DNA of 64,000 nucleotides from Camelus ferus (GCF_009834535.1 NC_045696.1:113460001-113524000); one strand, 5' to 3'. Positions 12,551 to 25,519 are shown, numbered from the stretch's first letter. The notes: a model not told the origin generated them from the sequence alone. Program-made: numbers and translations.

Positions 12551-12869
12551 GTGTAGAAGGAGCTGTAATGGAAGAACGAAACAGTTGTCATGGAAGAGTC
12601 AGAAATGCCATCACTAAAGTGGTGTCTTATGATTGAATTATGAGTAGAAATTCAGATGATAGGGAAAAGGCAGTTGAAAGGGGGGCCAAGTGGGAGAATG
12701 GAGATGAAGGAAAGGTACAAGAGATCCTGAGAGATGAAGTCTGTGCAAAGGTGTCTGAACAAGAAAGAAGGGAGAGTTTTACTGAGCAGAGAGAGAGAGC
12801 AGTATGGTTGATGCTTCAATGGTTTCATTGCTGCCTGACAGTCAAAGAAGCTGTGGCAAGCAGAACAAC

Positions 12870-13430
12870 ACCCCCAAAGGCGTGCACATTTTGTGACATG
12901 ACTCTGCAGAACCTATGAGTATCTTCTGGTACATGACAGGGGGAATTAAAATTGTAGGTGTCAGGGAGGCTATAGCTCAAGTGGTAGAGCACATGCTTAG
13001 CATACACAGGGTCCTGGGTTCAATCCCCAGTACCTCCTCTAAAAATAAATAAATAAACCCAATTGCCTCCCCCCACAAAAAATTTAAAAATAAATAAATT
13101 CAGGTTGTTAAATCAGCTGGGATGCGGGGGAGCAGAAAGCCAACGTCAGCGTGGTACAGGTTGGGGAAGAGCAGACTGGGCCCTGGTGGCTTTGAAGATG
13201 GAAGGGAGCCATAAGGGGAGGAATATGGGCAAACCTCTAGAAGCTGGAAAAACAGCAAACAGATCTCCCCCTAGATGCCCCAGAAAGAAATGCAGCCCTG
13301 CGGTTACCTGGATTTTCGCCCAGCAAGACCCACTTACTTTGGACTTCTGACCTCCAGAACTGGAAGATAATACGTTTGTGTTATGACACTAAACTTGTAA
13401 CTTTTTACAGAAGCAACAGAGAACAAATGC
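12870..13430 (+). mobile_element. MLT1 solo LTR containing a SINE
   Basis: GAAGCTGGAAAAACAGCAAACAGATCTCCCCCTAGATGCCC...GGACTTCTGACCTCCAGAACTGGAAGATAATAC. Confidence 0.7.
12960..13095 (+). mobile_element. Camelid tRNA-derived SINE nested in MLT1
   Basis: GCTATAGCTCAAGTGGTAGAGCACATGCTTAGC...GGGTTCAATCCCCAGTACC. Confidence 0.9.
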
Positions 13431-13657
13431 AGACACCCCGAAGTCACTCCAATAAGACGAGGAAAGGAAAAGCAGAGCTCACAGCTCATAGGAGTTTACG
13501 TTCTGGTGCTGGAAGGGCTTCGGTAAGCAGCACAGAGGCTCAATTCCACTCTTGGAAGGCTGACTTCACCCAGTTCATCTTTGTTTGCATAACCTGCAAG
13601 GACAACCAGAAGAACCAAGGAATCTTTACCATCACCTGTAAGGTACAAGAAGAAGTG

Positions 13658-13790
13658 ATGGGGTGGGTACAGCTCAGCAGTAGAGCAAGCACATGCGCAG
13701 CACGCGTGAGGTCCTGGGTTCAATCCCCAGCACTTCCATTAAAAAAACATTTAAAAAAAGAAAAGAAAAGAAAAGAAAAAGTGAGTGAAT
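13658..13790 (+). mobile_element. tRNA-derived SINE, short-tail form with (GAAAA)n
   Basis: tRNA-like head followed directly by an A-rich tail, without the CCTAATTA..CCCC segment. Confidence 0.8.
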
Positions 13791-15019
13791 TAGGTTGGAG
13801 TGAGTCCTACTGGGTAGTCATCACTGTTGTGCCTCACCGTTCGTCCAGGATTTAGCAGTCATTTATTACATGCATCCCTTAGCAACCTTTTATCTGTTTT
13901 TAGAAAATCTATTAGATAAGGTCTTCTGGTTTTCTCTGGGGGGAAAATTTTTTTTTCTTATAAGAGAGCCAGGATGGGTGCTTTCATTTAAAGAAGGGGG
14001 ATAATATCTCTGAAGAATGCTTTATGTTCTCAGGAAGAGGGGCAAGCTGTGAATAATCATCATTTTGGTAAGCACTCATTCTTGCAGAGTTGGTCCTTGC
14101 AGGTCAACCGGAGCCTATTCTTTTGCTTTGTAAATTGAGCTGAAATTGTTCCTGCTGCCCCGAGAGCACGCTGGCTGCCTGCCCAGAAGGGCCACCCCTG
14201 CAGGCGCTGTATAATGAGGCAATCCACTGGGCTGATCTCAGCATAAATGAAAGTTCAAACTGGGACTTAAATTTTTAATACATTCGCAGAATGAAAGCAA
14301 AATAGCCAGAGGACCTGCAGCAGGGTGACATCACTCAAATAACCGAGTAACCATTTAATCATTCAAAGAATCAGTATCACAAGTGTCATTATGCCAGGGT
14401 GGCTCACAGCTGCCCAAGGCGCATGCTCCCTCCTTACTTCATATCCAGGACAAAACATAAGGTTACAATTACATTTGTGTTTGGTTTTGATTTATTGGAC
14501 TGGTTTGTTTCGGGGGTGAGGAAAGGTAAGAAGGTGTTTAGTTTTCTCTTTGTGGAAAAGAAAAGTTTCTGCACATAAGTGATGGAAGGAAAGAAAGAAC
14601 AAATGATATACACACAAAAGAAACCCTCCCCATTCCTTTTGGACTAATGTAAAGTTCAGGCCATGACTGTGCCATTCTTTGACCTTTCTAAACACTTCTC
14701 TTAAGCATTGTTAATAATTATAATATAAGTAGGTAAATTTTGAAGTATTGCTTAACAGAAAACAAAAAGTATTACGTGATGTTAAACTGAAAATCTTCTA
14801 TTTTAGAATTTCCAGTATCTGTGGTTCTGTATTCATTACTGTGGCATTCTACTAGATTTTCCTTCTTCAAATCAATGACCTGTCCTAGGAAAAATGAAGA
14901 AGAGGTAAAAACAGGAAAATATCTTAAGTTAGATGTTAGCAGCTGAACAGTAAGTTTGTACATCATCTTTATGTAGTTTTTAAAAAATTCATAAGCATGC
15001 ACATTTAAAAATGAATTTA

Positions 15020-15782
15020 CTTGCTGGAGAAGCTGTGGAGAAAAGGGAACCCTCCTACACTGTTGGTGGGAATGTAGTTTGGTGCAGCCATTAGGGAAAA
15101 CAGTATGGAGATTCCTCAAAAGACTAAAAGTAGACTTACCTTGTGATCCAGCAATCCCACTCCTGGGCATATATCCAGAGGGAACCTTAATTCAAAAGGA
15201 TACCTGTACCCCAGTCCATAGCAGCACTATTTACAAGAGCCAAGACATGGAAACAACCTAAATGTCCATCAACAGAGGACTGGATAAAGAAGTTTTGGTA
15301 TATTTATACAGTGGAATATGGAACTCACCCATAAAAAAATAATAAAATAATGCTATTTGCAGCAACATGGATGGCCCTAGAGAATGTTATTCTAAGTGAA
15401 GTAAGCCAGAAAGAGAAAGAAAAATACCATATGATACCACTCATATTTGGAATTAAAAAAAAAAAAAAGACAAACTTATTTACAAAACAGAAACAGGCTC
15501 ACAGACATAGAAAACAAACTTATGGTTACCAGGGGGAAAGGGAGTGGGAAGGGATAAATTGGGAGTTCCAGATTTGCTGATACTAACATATATAAAGTAG
15601 ATAAACAACAAGTTCATAGTTCATAGCACAGGGAACTATATTCAATATCTTGAAGTAGCTTATGGTGAAAAAGAATATGAAAACGAATATATGTATGTTC
15701 ATGTATGACTGAAGCAATGTGCGGTACACCAGAAATTGACACAGCGTTGTAAACTGACTATATTTCAATTTAAAAAAAAAAA
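15020..15782 (+). mobile_element. 5'-truncated, fairly young L1 (ORF2 C-terminus plus 3'UTR)
   Basis: GGAGAAAAGGGAACCCTCCTACACTGTTGGTGGGAATGT; ORF track peptides [25 protein letters not shown] and WMALENVILSEVSQKEK; poly(A) end. Confidence 0.92.
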
Positions 15783-16127
15783 GAAAGAATGAGTTGGGAG
15801 GGACTCAGTATCACATGACCAATCAGTGTGACTGATTCTCTAACAACAGATAAAACATTTAATGAGCACTTTCTTTTTCAAGTTTATGAGGTTCTATCTT
15901 TACTTCGAATATTACCTTCCATGGGCAAACACATTTTTAGAATGCCCTGACAGACATGCCTCTTTTGTCAGTTTATAATGTCTTTGACTTTGACATTGAT
16001 CATTTCCAAATGTTAACTTTATCCCCCCCACACAGAATTTTAACACTACTGAACATATTTAAATATGTCTAGAAGAGATTCTGAAAAACAGAAAAAAGAA
16101 AAAAGAATTTACTAAATTGAAAAAAAA

Positions 16128-16270
16128 GGAGGTAGAGGTATAGCTCAAGTGGTAGAGTGCATGCTTAGCATGCACAGGGTCCTGGGTTCAATCCCCAATG
16201 CTGCCTCTAAAGATAAATAAATAAATAAATAAATCTAATCACCCCCAAAAGTTTGTTTTTTTTTAAATAA
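16128..16270 (+). mobile_element. Camelid tRNA-derived SINE
   Basis: GGTATAGCTCAAGTGGTAGAGTGCATGCTTAGCATGCACAGGGTCCTGGGTTCAATCCCC. Confidence 0.92.
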
Positions 16271-16429
16271 AAATGAACTTACTAGCTTGCAAAAATATTT
16301 ATTTATTAATGTTCTTTGCTAAGCAACATAACTACCCTAGTAGCTTAGGGGTAAGTTCCCCTTAAACCTAATAGAAAAGGTCAGAAGAAAAGACTATCCT
16401 TGGACGGGATTGATGACACACTTTAGCTA

Positions 16430-16650
16430 AAGCAGTGTTTCTCAACCTTTTTTCCCCATTATCACTCACCTAAGGGAAAAAATATTAAATGTCAATTAAA
16501 TTCTCCATAATGGGAGAAATGAGGTACCAAGGAATAAGATTTTGTCAGGCAGGGCTGCATTTCAGAGGGCTGCAAACTATTGTAATAACTAATTTATTTG
16601 CCCCTCACGAATCAATTTTCACCCCTTAAGGGCACTATTACCTACCCCTT
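16430..16650. mobile_element. hAT-type MER fragment
   Basis: CAGTGTTTCTCAACC terminus. Confidence 0.45.
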
Positions 16651-16814
16651 TGAAAATGCATGGGATGAATAAAGACCAGAAGAAAAAAAAAAAAAAAAAA
16701 AGAAAGAAAAAGCAGGGGTTAGGAAGGAGGAGGGGGAAAACACAGGAATACTTTAAATGTAGAGCCTTATCCCCCAGCCCCATATATTCTATGAATACGC
16801 TGATGTATGTTTTG

Positions 16815-17050
16815 AGCAAGGTTTTCCCCTGAGTGGTGCTTCTAACATTTGGGGCTGGATAATTCTTTGGGGAAGGGGGCGGGAGTTGTCCTGTGCATTA
16901 TACTGGATGTTTAGCAGCATCCCTGGCTTCCACCCTCTAGAGATACCAGTGCCAATCCCCCTCACCCCCATCAGTTGTGACAAAAATGTCTCCAGTCATT
17001 GCTAAAGGTCCCCTGGGGGGCAAAATGCCCCCATTGAGAAACTCTCCTGG
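16815..17050. mobile_element. MER20 (hAT-Charlie)
   Basis: GGATGTTTAGCAGCATCCCTGGCTTCCACCCTCTAGA...GTTGTGACAAAAATGTCTCCAG...CCCCCATTGAGAAAC. Confidence 0.85.
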
Positions 17051-17149
17051 CATTGAGTGGTTCACCACGTGGCTGTAGAGAGAAACAGAGTTCTGGAAGT
17101 GTGGGTGGGAGAGAGAATAATGACACAGGCTGCCAGCAAAACAGTACCG

Positions 17150-17720
17150 TGGGAGGGTCCTACTGCTGCTGTAACCAGTAACCGCCCATTTAGTGGCTTA
17201 ACGAAATACACATTTACTGTCTTACAGTTCAGTAGGTCAGAAGTCCCAACACGGGTCTCCCCAGATTAAAGTCAAGGTGTCAGCAGGGACGTGTTCCTCT
17301 CTGGGGCTCAAGGGGAGAATCTGTTTCCCTGCCTCTCCCGGCTTCTGGAGGCTGCCCAAAGCCCTGGGCTTGCGCTCCCCTTCTACCAATGTCTGGCCAA
17401 GTCCTTCTCACCTTGCAGGCATGCTCTTCTGCCTCCCTCTATCTAAAGGACAGTAGGTGAGAAGGGGTTGGGGAGAGGGGTACAGCTCAGTGGTATAGAG
17501 TGCAAGCTCAGTATGCACGAGGTCCTGGGTTCAGTCCCCAGTACCTCTATCAAATAAATACATAGATAAACCTAATAACCTCCCCCCTCCAAATATTTAA
17601 AAAATGATAAAGGACCCTTGAGATCACGTTGGGCCCACATAGGTAATCTCCCCATCCCAAATTCAGTTGATTAGCAACCTTATTCTGTCTGCAACCTTAA
17701 TCTCCCTTTGCTTTTGTTGT
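17150..17720 (-). mobile_element. MLT1 solo LTR interrupted by a SINE
   Basis: CTGCTGTAACCAG...GTGGCTTAAC...TTTACTGTCTTACAGTTC...AAGTCAAGGTGTCAGCAGGG. Confidence 0.75.
17463..17610 (+). mobile_element. Camelid tRNA-derived SINE
   Basis: TACAGCTCAGTGGTATAGAG...GCACGAGGTCCTGGGTTCAGTCCCCAGTACC; TAAAGGAC on both sides. Confidence 0.88.
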
Positions 17721-17855
17721 TGTTTGGTTGGTCTTTTTTTCCCTTGGGGGATATAATTAGGTTTATTTATTTATTTTTAACAGAGATACTGGGGATTGAA
17801 CCCAGGACCTTGTACATGCTAAGTACTCACTCTACCACTGAGCTATACCTTCCCC
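17710..17855 (-). mobile_element. Camelid tRNA-derived SINE
   Basis: GGGGATTGAACCCAGGACCTTGTACATGCTAAG...TGAGCTATACCTTCCCC. Confidence 0.9.
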
Positions 17856-17894
17856 GAACTTTTTTTTACAATTTTTATATGGTATTTTCTTTAA

Positions 17895-18017
17895 AAAATA
17901 ATTTTTTTTTCTTCTTTGGGGGGAGGTAATCAGGTTCATTTATTTATTTTTTTAATGGAGGCACAGGGCCTTGTCCTTTCTAGGCAGGCACTCTACCATT
18001 GAGCTATACCTTCCCCT
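17895..18017 (-). mobile_element. Camelid SINE with internal deletion (B box lost)
   Basis: Tail plus CTCTACCATTGAGCTATACCTTCCCC, middle missing. Confidence 0.75.
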
Positions 18018-18724
18018 TGTATATGGTATTTTCTAGGAGTGTAGTTACCTTTCGAATGAAGAGAAACTTGTTGTTGACTTTGTTGGGGACTTTACCAAGT
18101 TTTTAAACCGTTCAGAAATCAGATCACCAAAGGCATTTGAGTGGCTGATAGCATACACACCTGTATCAGGTTGTATTCCAGTAATTCTGCATAAAGGTAT
18201 AAACACCTTCTTACTACTTCATAATACCTTCTGATTGAGTTGTATGCAGGAATTCACATACTGCAATACACATGGTTTCATTATAGATCACTTTGATTTT
18301 TCCTTCATATTACAGTTGGGCATTATATTGATTTTTCTGAAATTCTGTTTGTAGATTAGTTATATATAAATTTCATATCATGATAGTAAAGACAGCATTA
18401 TAAATTCCTATTATAAAAAAAGGATGTTGGGTCCTTTCAAAAATAAGGTTGAAAACTGGTACTGTAGGAGTCTTGTAGTCTTTTTGTCCTTAAAAAAAAT
18501 TTTTTTTTTTTATAAAACTTTTACTCTGAGACAGAAAGTCACTGGAGAGTTTTGAGCAAAAGAGTGCCATGATCTGGCTAGTTGCAGAAAATGTCACTCT
18601 TGCTGCTTTGTGGAGAATAGATTTGGGGCAACTCCAATCCTAGTGCGGAGGGTTTAGCAGGACCCTCCTCTCATACTGCTTGGTGGAACTGGGTCACTAC
18701 GGGTTTTTGTTTGTTTATTTGTTT

Positions 18725-18868
18725 TAAATTAATTAATTAAAAAAATTTTTGAGGGGTATAATTAGGTTTACTTATTCATTTTATTTTTAGAGGAGGTGCT
18801 GGGAATTGAACCCAGGACCTTGTATATGCTAAGCACGCACTCTATAACTTGCACTACACCCTCTTCTT
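18725..18868 (-). mobile_element. Camelid tRNA-derived SINE
   Basis: GGGAATTGAACCCAGGACCTTGTATATGCTAAGCACGCACTCT. Confidence 0.88.
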
Positions 18869-19989
18869 CTCCTATGTTTTTTTTTTTTATCCCTCTAACC
18901 CACTGAAGCTCTCAGTGTTGCTGAGCCTCTGCAGAGCTGAATGCTGTCTTCTCTCTGGGTCACCTGTGTATACACTTTATTTTATATACTTATATTTATT
19001 TTGTATCCTTATGTGTGTATATATATATGTGTGTGTGAATATATATAATATTATATTATAAAAGTGGAAAATGTATTGTATAGATGTCCTTGGAGGGGGA
19101 GTTGTCCAGATTACCTGTTCTATCAATTATAGATTCAACCATTTGAAAGGTAGAAATTCTATCATTTTAGTTAAAAAAAAAAAAAAAAAACCTAGAAGAG
19201 AAGAAACCAAATAACATGGTTCTCTCTGAATGGTGGAATTCAGGTAATTTTTTATTTTTTGTATTTTTCAAATTTTCTCTAATTAAAAAAAAATTCTTGT
19301 TTGTTAGCATTATGTTTAAGAAGTTAGAGAGACCCATATATTGTAAGCATATTTAAAGATAGAAATAATTTTACAGGTAATCTAGAAAATGGTTTTTAGA
19401 ATTAATTTTTAATTGATATTTTAAATATTCCCTTAAATAATATTGTCAAGAATTTAAAGCAACTTACTACTCCTTACAATACTCTCCACAGTTGATTAGC
19501 CAGGAAGTCAAACATGTTTTACTACTTATTCAAAATGAAAAGTGATTTAGAGTAAGCTTGTTAAGAATGTTTTCATTTATTTTAAGATTTTTTTTTTAAC
19601 ATCCTTGGCCTAGAAATTAAAATATTTAGTTAACTATTAGAAAATCATTGTATCTAGGAGAGACTGTATGTAATTAAGTAATTATGCCCCCACTGGAGGC
19701 ATAAATGTATTTTGAACACCTCATTGAAATATTTACCTAAACCTGGTTAAATTTTAAGAATAGCTCCAAAACATCCAAGGCTAGTTAATTCAGCCAAAAT
19801 TGTTCATTGATTTTATTATACTTGAAATGTTGACCAAAGAAATTATTGCTAATGACAATGCTTTCATAAAAAAAAAAAAAAAGAGAGAGGAAAGTGAAAT
19901 CGTTGTGTTTTTGACACAGATGTTGTCGGTGCCCAGATCCCTTTAGATCCTGTTACTGCTTCTGTGCTGTCCTCCTCAGCTTCTGTCCA

Positions 19990-20300
19990 CCTGCTACCTG
20001 TGACTTTCATGGGAGGTCGCCCTGGAGCTACAGGTACCACTTTACCTGATGCTCACATTCTCCCAGGGGAGCCCCAACCCATGACTGACCGACCGGTGCA
20101 GAAGTGTGAAAGCCAGTTTCCTCACTACAAGACACACCCCAAGGCATAACTTCTACTCCAGTGTTCCCTGGTGGAATCAGTTAGAAACCACCCCCTGGAA
20201 GATGGAATCACACTGGGACTTGGCTTCTCTTTCCCTGTCAACTTCCCTTGAGAGCACTTCTGTGATAAACCACTAGCACACACATCCCTGATTTGGAATC
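19990..20300 (+). mobile_element. ERVL-type solo LTR remnant (LTR16/33-like)
   Basis: CCCTTGAGAGCACTTCTGTGATAAACCACTAGCACACACATCCCTG...CCACTTCTA resembles an ERVL LTR 3' end. Confidence 0.55.
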
Positions 20301-22399
20301 CACTTCTATCACAAATTTCAACTTCTTTAGGGAAAAATATTAGTATAAAAATTTCTTTCTAGGTCATATCAAGATGCAACAGGATTTATTTTTATATGTA
20401 AGTCAGTTATGACATACATTGGAATTAAAAACGCTTTATATGTTTAGAAGCTTTTTGTGAGTTCACTAAGCAATTATTAGGGACTGGAGGGTTAATGAGC
20501 ACTAATATTATTCAGATAAGAGCATTTTAAATCAGTGATATATGAACTGACAATCCAGATCTATGGTCTGCAGAAACAGAGCTATTCCTGGTCCAGCTGG
20601 AAGACCGACTTACCGTTTAAGTGATTGCCTGGGGAAATGCAGAATTAGAGGGAAGGGAACTGGCTCATAAGAGAAATTTCACTCAAGTTGTCTTGACCTA
20701 ATAGGTGCCTTTGTTCCACTATAGAAATATTTCTCTCTACAAAGTCAGACATAGACATCCAGGCTCTTAGAGTACTCCTTCTCCCCAGGCAGAATTGGAA
20801 AAATTCTGACAAAGTCTGGATGTATTGTTTTACCTACTTTACACATTACAGAATTTATACTTAAAAGACTTGAAGCCACTTGCTGGAGGTGACTGGTCCA
20901 GGAAATGGAGGCTGAACTCCAGCAGTCTGACTCCAGCATCCTTGCCCTTAACTGCTCGACCACATTGTCCCTCATGTTTATCATGGGAGATTCAGGCACA
21001 AGAGAGACAAAGAAGCTTGCTTGAGGCATCAAAGTGAGTCCCTAAAAGTATTCCTTATCTTGTAAAACTAGATTATTTAGTTTGATGTATACCTAGTTCT
21101 TTCCTTCCTGTTACCTTTTAGATTCAAGTAAAATCCTCTTGAAATAATGTCTCCTGGTCCCAGTTATTCTACAGAGTATTAAGGGGAGGTCATGGTGGTG
21201 GCAGTGGTGACCACTAAGAGCCCTAGGAAGTCAAAAGAATCTTGACTAGTCCAGCTCCCCAACCCCTCTTGGAACCTGTTCCAAATAAACCAGACTTTGA
21301 GATGAAAGTTTCATTTTATTAAAATAAGCAGTGGCTTTTCTGACACCTGGTGACATTCATGATGAGTAATGGGAGGAAGAGCACCATTTGGGAACAATGA
21401 GAATGCTTTTGCTGAAAGTATTTTCAGAACTTCAGAAGTATTTTACATGTCACATAAAAACAGTGGTCTCATGGCCTTAGACAAGTTAATTTCAACTATT
21501 ACATTGTAGGATGAGTTCTGCTAGGAAAGCTTTTCAGTTGGCAGCTAACACCTTTAGTGGTGGTTTTTGTCTTTTAGGGTTGGCCCTTCGTGGTCTTGTC
21601 CTGGGCTTTGTTGTTGGTCTGACTTTGAGGACCTCCAGTTCACTGACTGTACGGAGAGGGAAGGACAAGAACAGAGTGGGGACACAGAGGAGCAAATCCA
21701 TGAGCAGTCATTGTACCACTGTACCCCATTCAAAAGCTAAATAAGAATGGACACATTAAAGAACTACTAAATTGGGAGGGGGAGGCAGAGCATTTAAACA
21801 TTTTTCATTCTAATCACAATGTTAATACTGGGATGTGTTGACAGCAATGGATTCTAACAGATCCTCCCCACAGAATCCAACTGGGAGCCAATGGACTGAA
21901 TTCTTTAATGGGGATGATCATTTTTTGAATTTTCCTTTCTGATAAGTGAAACTTCCTAGCTTAGTTAATAATCAACCTCTGGAACCTAAACAGTATGTTT
22001 ACAGTCTCATAGAAAAAAGTTTAGTGATTAGATGATTGATAATTACATTACCCATCAATTACTGTATCTAAACCAACTAGGACGGCCCAATAATGAAACT
22101 CTCTTTAAATCACAAGGAGAATTGCAAGCGAACGAGTTCAGATCTTCATAGCATAGCAATTAAATTAAATGATCAATCAGTTTGGGTTGGGGGATGGATG
22201 GTGGGTTGCCCATTACCAGGATTTGAGAGTGGGCTATGAAGTGTGTGTTCCAGCTGCTTCATTAAATTTGAGTGCTTTGATGATAAGCTTTAAAGGTACA
22301 GGCTAACCATGCTACCTTTGAAGCAGATTTTGTTTTGAAAATTTATCAGTTTCCTACTAAGAGTCTCTATTTTAGGTTTATTTTTCCTGTATAAAAATA

Positions 22400-22890
22400 G
22401 GTTGAAACCTGTACATATAGTAATGATGTTCACTGCAGCACTAGTAACAATAGCTAAAATCTATGAACAATGTAAACTAAGATATATGCAAAAACCTTTT
22501 TATAAAAGCAACAGATTGGAAAAAATTCTTAAATATTCATCAGCAGAGGCCACATTAAACAAATTATGGTACATCCATATGATGGAATACCAGGCAGTCA
22601 CAACTAAGAATGAGGAAGCCCTTCATAAACTGATACAGAATAAGCTCTAAGATGCAGAACTACATGAGAAAAACCAATGTGTATAGTATCTTACCATTTG
22701 GGCAAAAAAGAAAACAATACATATGTATTATATTTGTACATTTATTGAAGTATCTCCTGATTGGGGGAAAAAAAACTGATCACACTGATTCCTACAGAAG
22801 GGGAAACTAGGGGGCAGGGAGACTTTTCCTGTAGACCTTTTTTTTATCTTTTGATGTTTCAGCCACGTCAGTGTATTGCCTAATCAAAAT
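22400..22890 (+). mobile_element. L1ME-like 3' fragment
   Basis: TAAACAAATTATGGTACATCCATATGATGGAATAC...GGGAGACTTTTCCTGTAGACC. Confidence 0.6.
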
Positions 22891-22904
22891 TTAAAATAAG
22901 TTTA

Positions 22905-23040
22905 TATGGAGGACATGAATTTAGACTGCCATTGTGTGACCCTGAGCAAATCGCTTCATCTTTGTCTGTTTGCTCATTGACAAAGGGGGTGAGTTAAAAT
23001 TAGACCCTCCATCTTGTGGGGTTGTAAGAAACCACTTGTT
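22905..23040. mobile_element. MIR fragment
   Basis: TGTGTGACCCTGAGCAAATCGCTTCATCTTTGTCTG. Confidence 0.6.
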
Positions 23041-25178
23041 CTAATTCTAAAGAAAATTCTAACAACCTTTCGGGTATGTGTTAATCATCTGCTGCTCTAG
23101 AAATACTACACAGGAGCAGCTTGTGGAGTGGTCTGGGAAAGCCTCTTTGGTGACATTAAGTATCTGTGTTTTCCCATCATAAAGGCATTAGGATTGCTTG
23201 GTGTGTCTGAGAAACGGCCAGAAAGATGGGATGACACAGAATGAGAACAGCAGGACACGCGATCATGTGGTGGCAGAGTGGGAAAATCATGGAAGATATT
23301 CGTAGACTTTAGTTTCCCGCTCTCTCTAGCTGCGTGTGGAGACTAACTGCAGGGTAAGCAAAGACAGGAGCAAGCCCTTCTGGGAGATACCTAATGCTGG
23401 CCTTTGGTCTGAATCAACCCTCCCCCTCCCTAAATTAGCACTCTGAATAGTTGGGAAAAAAATGAGTTTTTCTAATTCATGCAAGGACCAAAGAACCAAG
23501 GAACAAAAACCCAAGATTAAGCACTACACATTTTCCCTGAAGCTGTTGAATGTTTCTGCCATCATGTGTTTTATTTTTGTGGGTTATTTGGTTTGCTTTA
23601 AAGCATCCATCGGACGACAAAAGATAGCAGGTCCATTTGTTTAATATGACATTTATTCTGTATATATAGTTGAACCTCTACAACACACAAAATATGGTTT
23701 AAGATTTTATTTTGAGGTGGGTGGGAAGGAATCTAGGTCTCAAGGTTTTGTGAGCCTGCTACATGTTTTCGGGAAGTCATTTAGGTGAGCCTTTCAAAAG
23801 ACACTTGAAGAAAATACGAGAAAAATTGGTTCAAGAAAACCAGCAATTATATTTCAAAATTAAACCACCTATTAAGATAGCAAACCAAGAATTGGGGCAA
23901 TTCCTTTTTCCGTATTTCCTGCACACTCAAACCCACCCTGGGAAACAGAAGCCTAGTCTACTGGAAGCCATGATGCAAACAAAATGTGGTGCTATGCTGA
24001 AAAAGTGGGCACAATTGGTAGCCTGGCAAGTTTGTGGAATGGTTGAGATCTTGAGGGTCATTTGAGCAGGAAGAGAAAAATAACTGTAGACAACACAGAA
24101 AATTAGATTGGAAACCATGAACTTGTATTGACACCAACTACATGACTTTTCTCAATAGCCTTAGGGGAATGGATAAAGTGGCTTGACCCAAGATGACATT
24201 TGATTAGACTTAGCAATGTTACTTTTAAACAAAACCAACCATATTTTCCCCTCTAAGATAGCTTAGAGGGTTCAAAATGGTCACAAAGTAGTATTACAGA
24301 TAAAACATTTAAGTTTTTGATCTAGGTTTTCCTATCCTCCCACAATCAAAAGGTATCAACGAACACCAATTTCCCAATCCTGGCATTACAGTTTACAAAC
24401 CTTAAGGTTAGTAATTTCCCTTCTCGCCTAATGTTCAATTTTCATCAGTTTCAATACATAGCAGTGTAAATATCATTACTACTTTGCATGAAATTCAATA
24501 TTCTAGAGATCCCAGTTATTTATGAGATTGAACCAGGAGTTTCCACCTTTTATGTGATCAATGGTACCACGGAGCGCAAGGCAATTTAACCAGATTTTGA
24601 TGAGAACTCTCTTTGAACAGGTTTACTCAATTATCTTAAAAATAGTGGAATTCTTTTTCTCCTTTCAGAAGTGGCAGTTACATAAATGGAATAGTAGATG
24701 ACATCTAAAAATGTGGGCCCTTAGTTAACTTTTTCCACATATGGTAAAGGATCAGGACACCTTCCACATTTCCAAGGAAAATCCAATTTATGAAGTTTGT
24801 CTCTGCCAAACTCCGTAAGTCAGCCACTTTAGAGTAAACCAGCAGAGCATTGCATCACCCCAGTAAAGCTGTAGGTTTCATCACATGCACCAACAAATCT
24901 ACAGGGTTAATTTCTGCACTTCCTCTTTAACAGAATTTATTTTACATCTATTGTAGCAAACAGCATTTTACACACTGACATATAAACTCCCTAATAAGAT
25001 AAAGCAAAGACAAAAGCATTTCTCTTATTAGAAACAAGATACACCATCACTTAGTCTTTAAACATTATTGCACTTTTAACTTTCATAATTTGACAATGCA
25101 TTCATGAAACAATCTGCAGACTAGTTTTAACAGAGAAATTAAAAACCACTTGTAAGCAGACATGAATGTCCTAAATTG

Positions 25179-25184
25179 TTTATT
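25179..25184 (-). terminator. RPL15: RPL15 proximal poly(A) signal AATAAA
   Basis: About 30 nt after the stop codon on the minus strand. Confidence 0.8.
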
Positions 25185-25213
25185 AGGTAAGAATTTTACA
25201 AACATTACTTTTA

Positions 25214-25519
<306 letters not shown>

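Noticed and set aside
21511-21744. 77-aa plus-strand ORF with a hydrophobic stretch
   Set aside because: Best explained as the antisense shadow of the minus-strand candidate RPL15 exon; no splice or promoter support.
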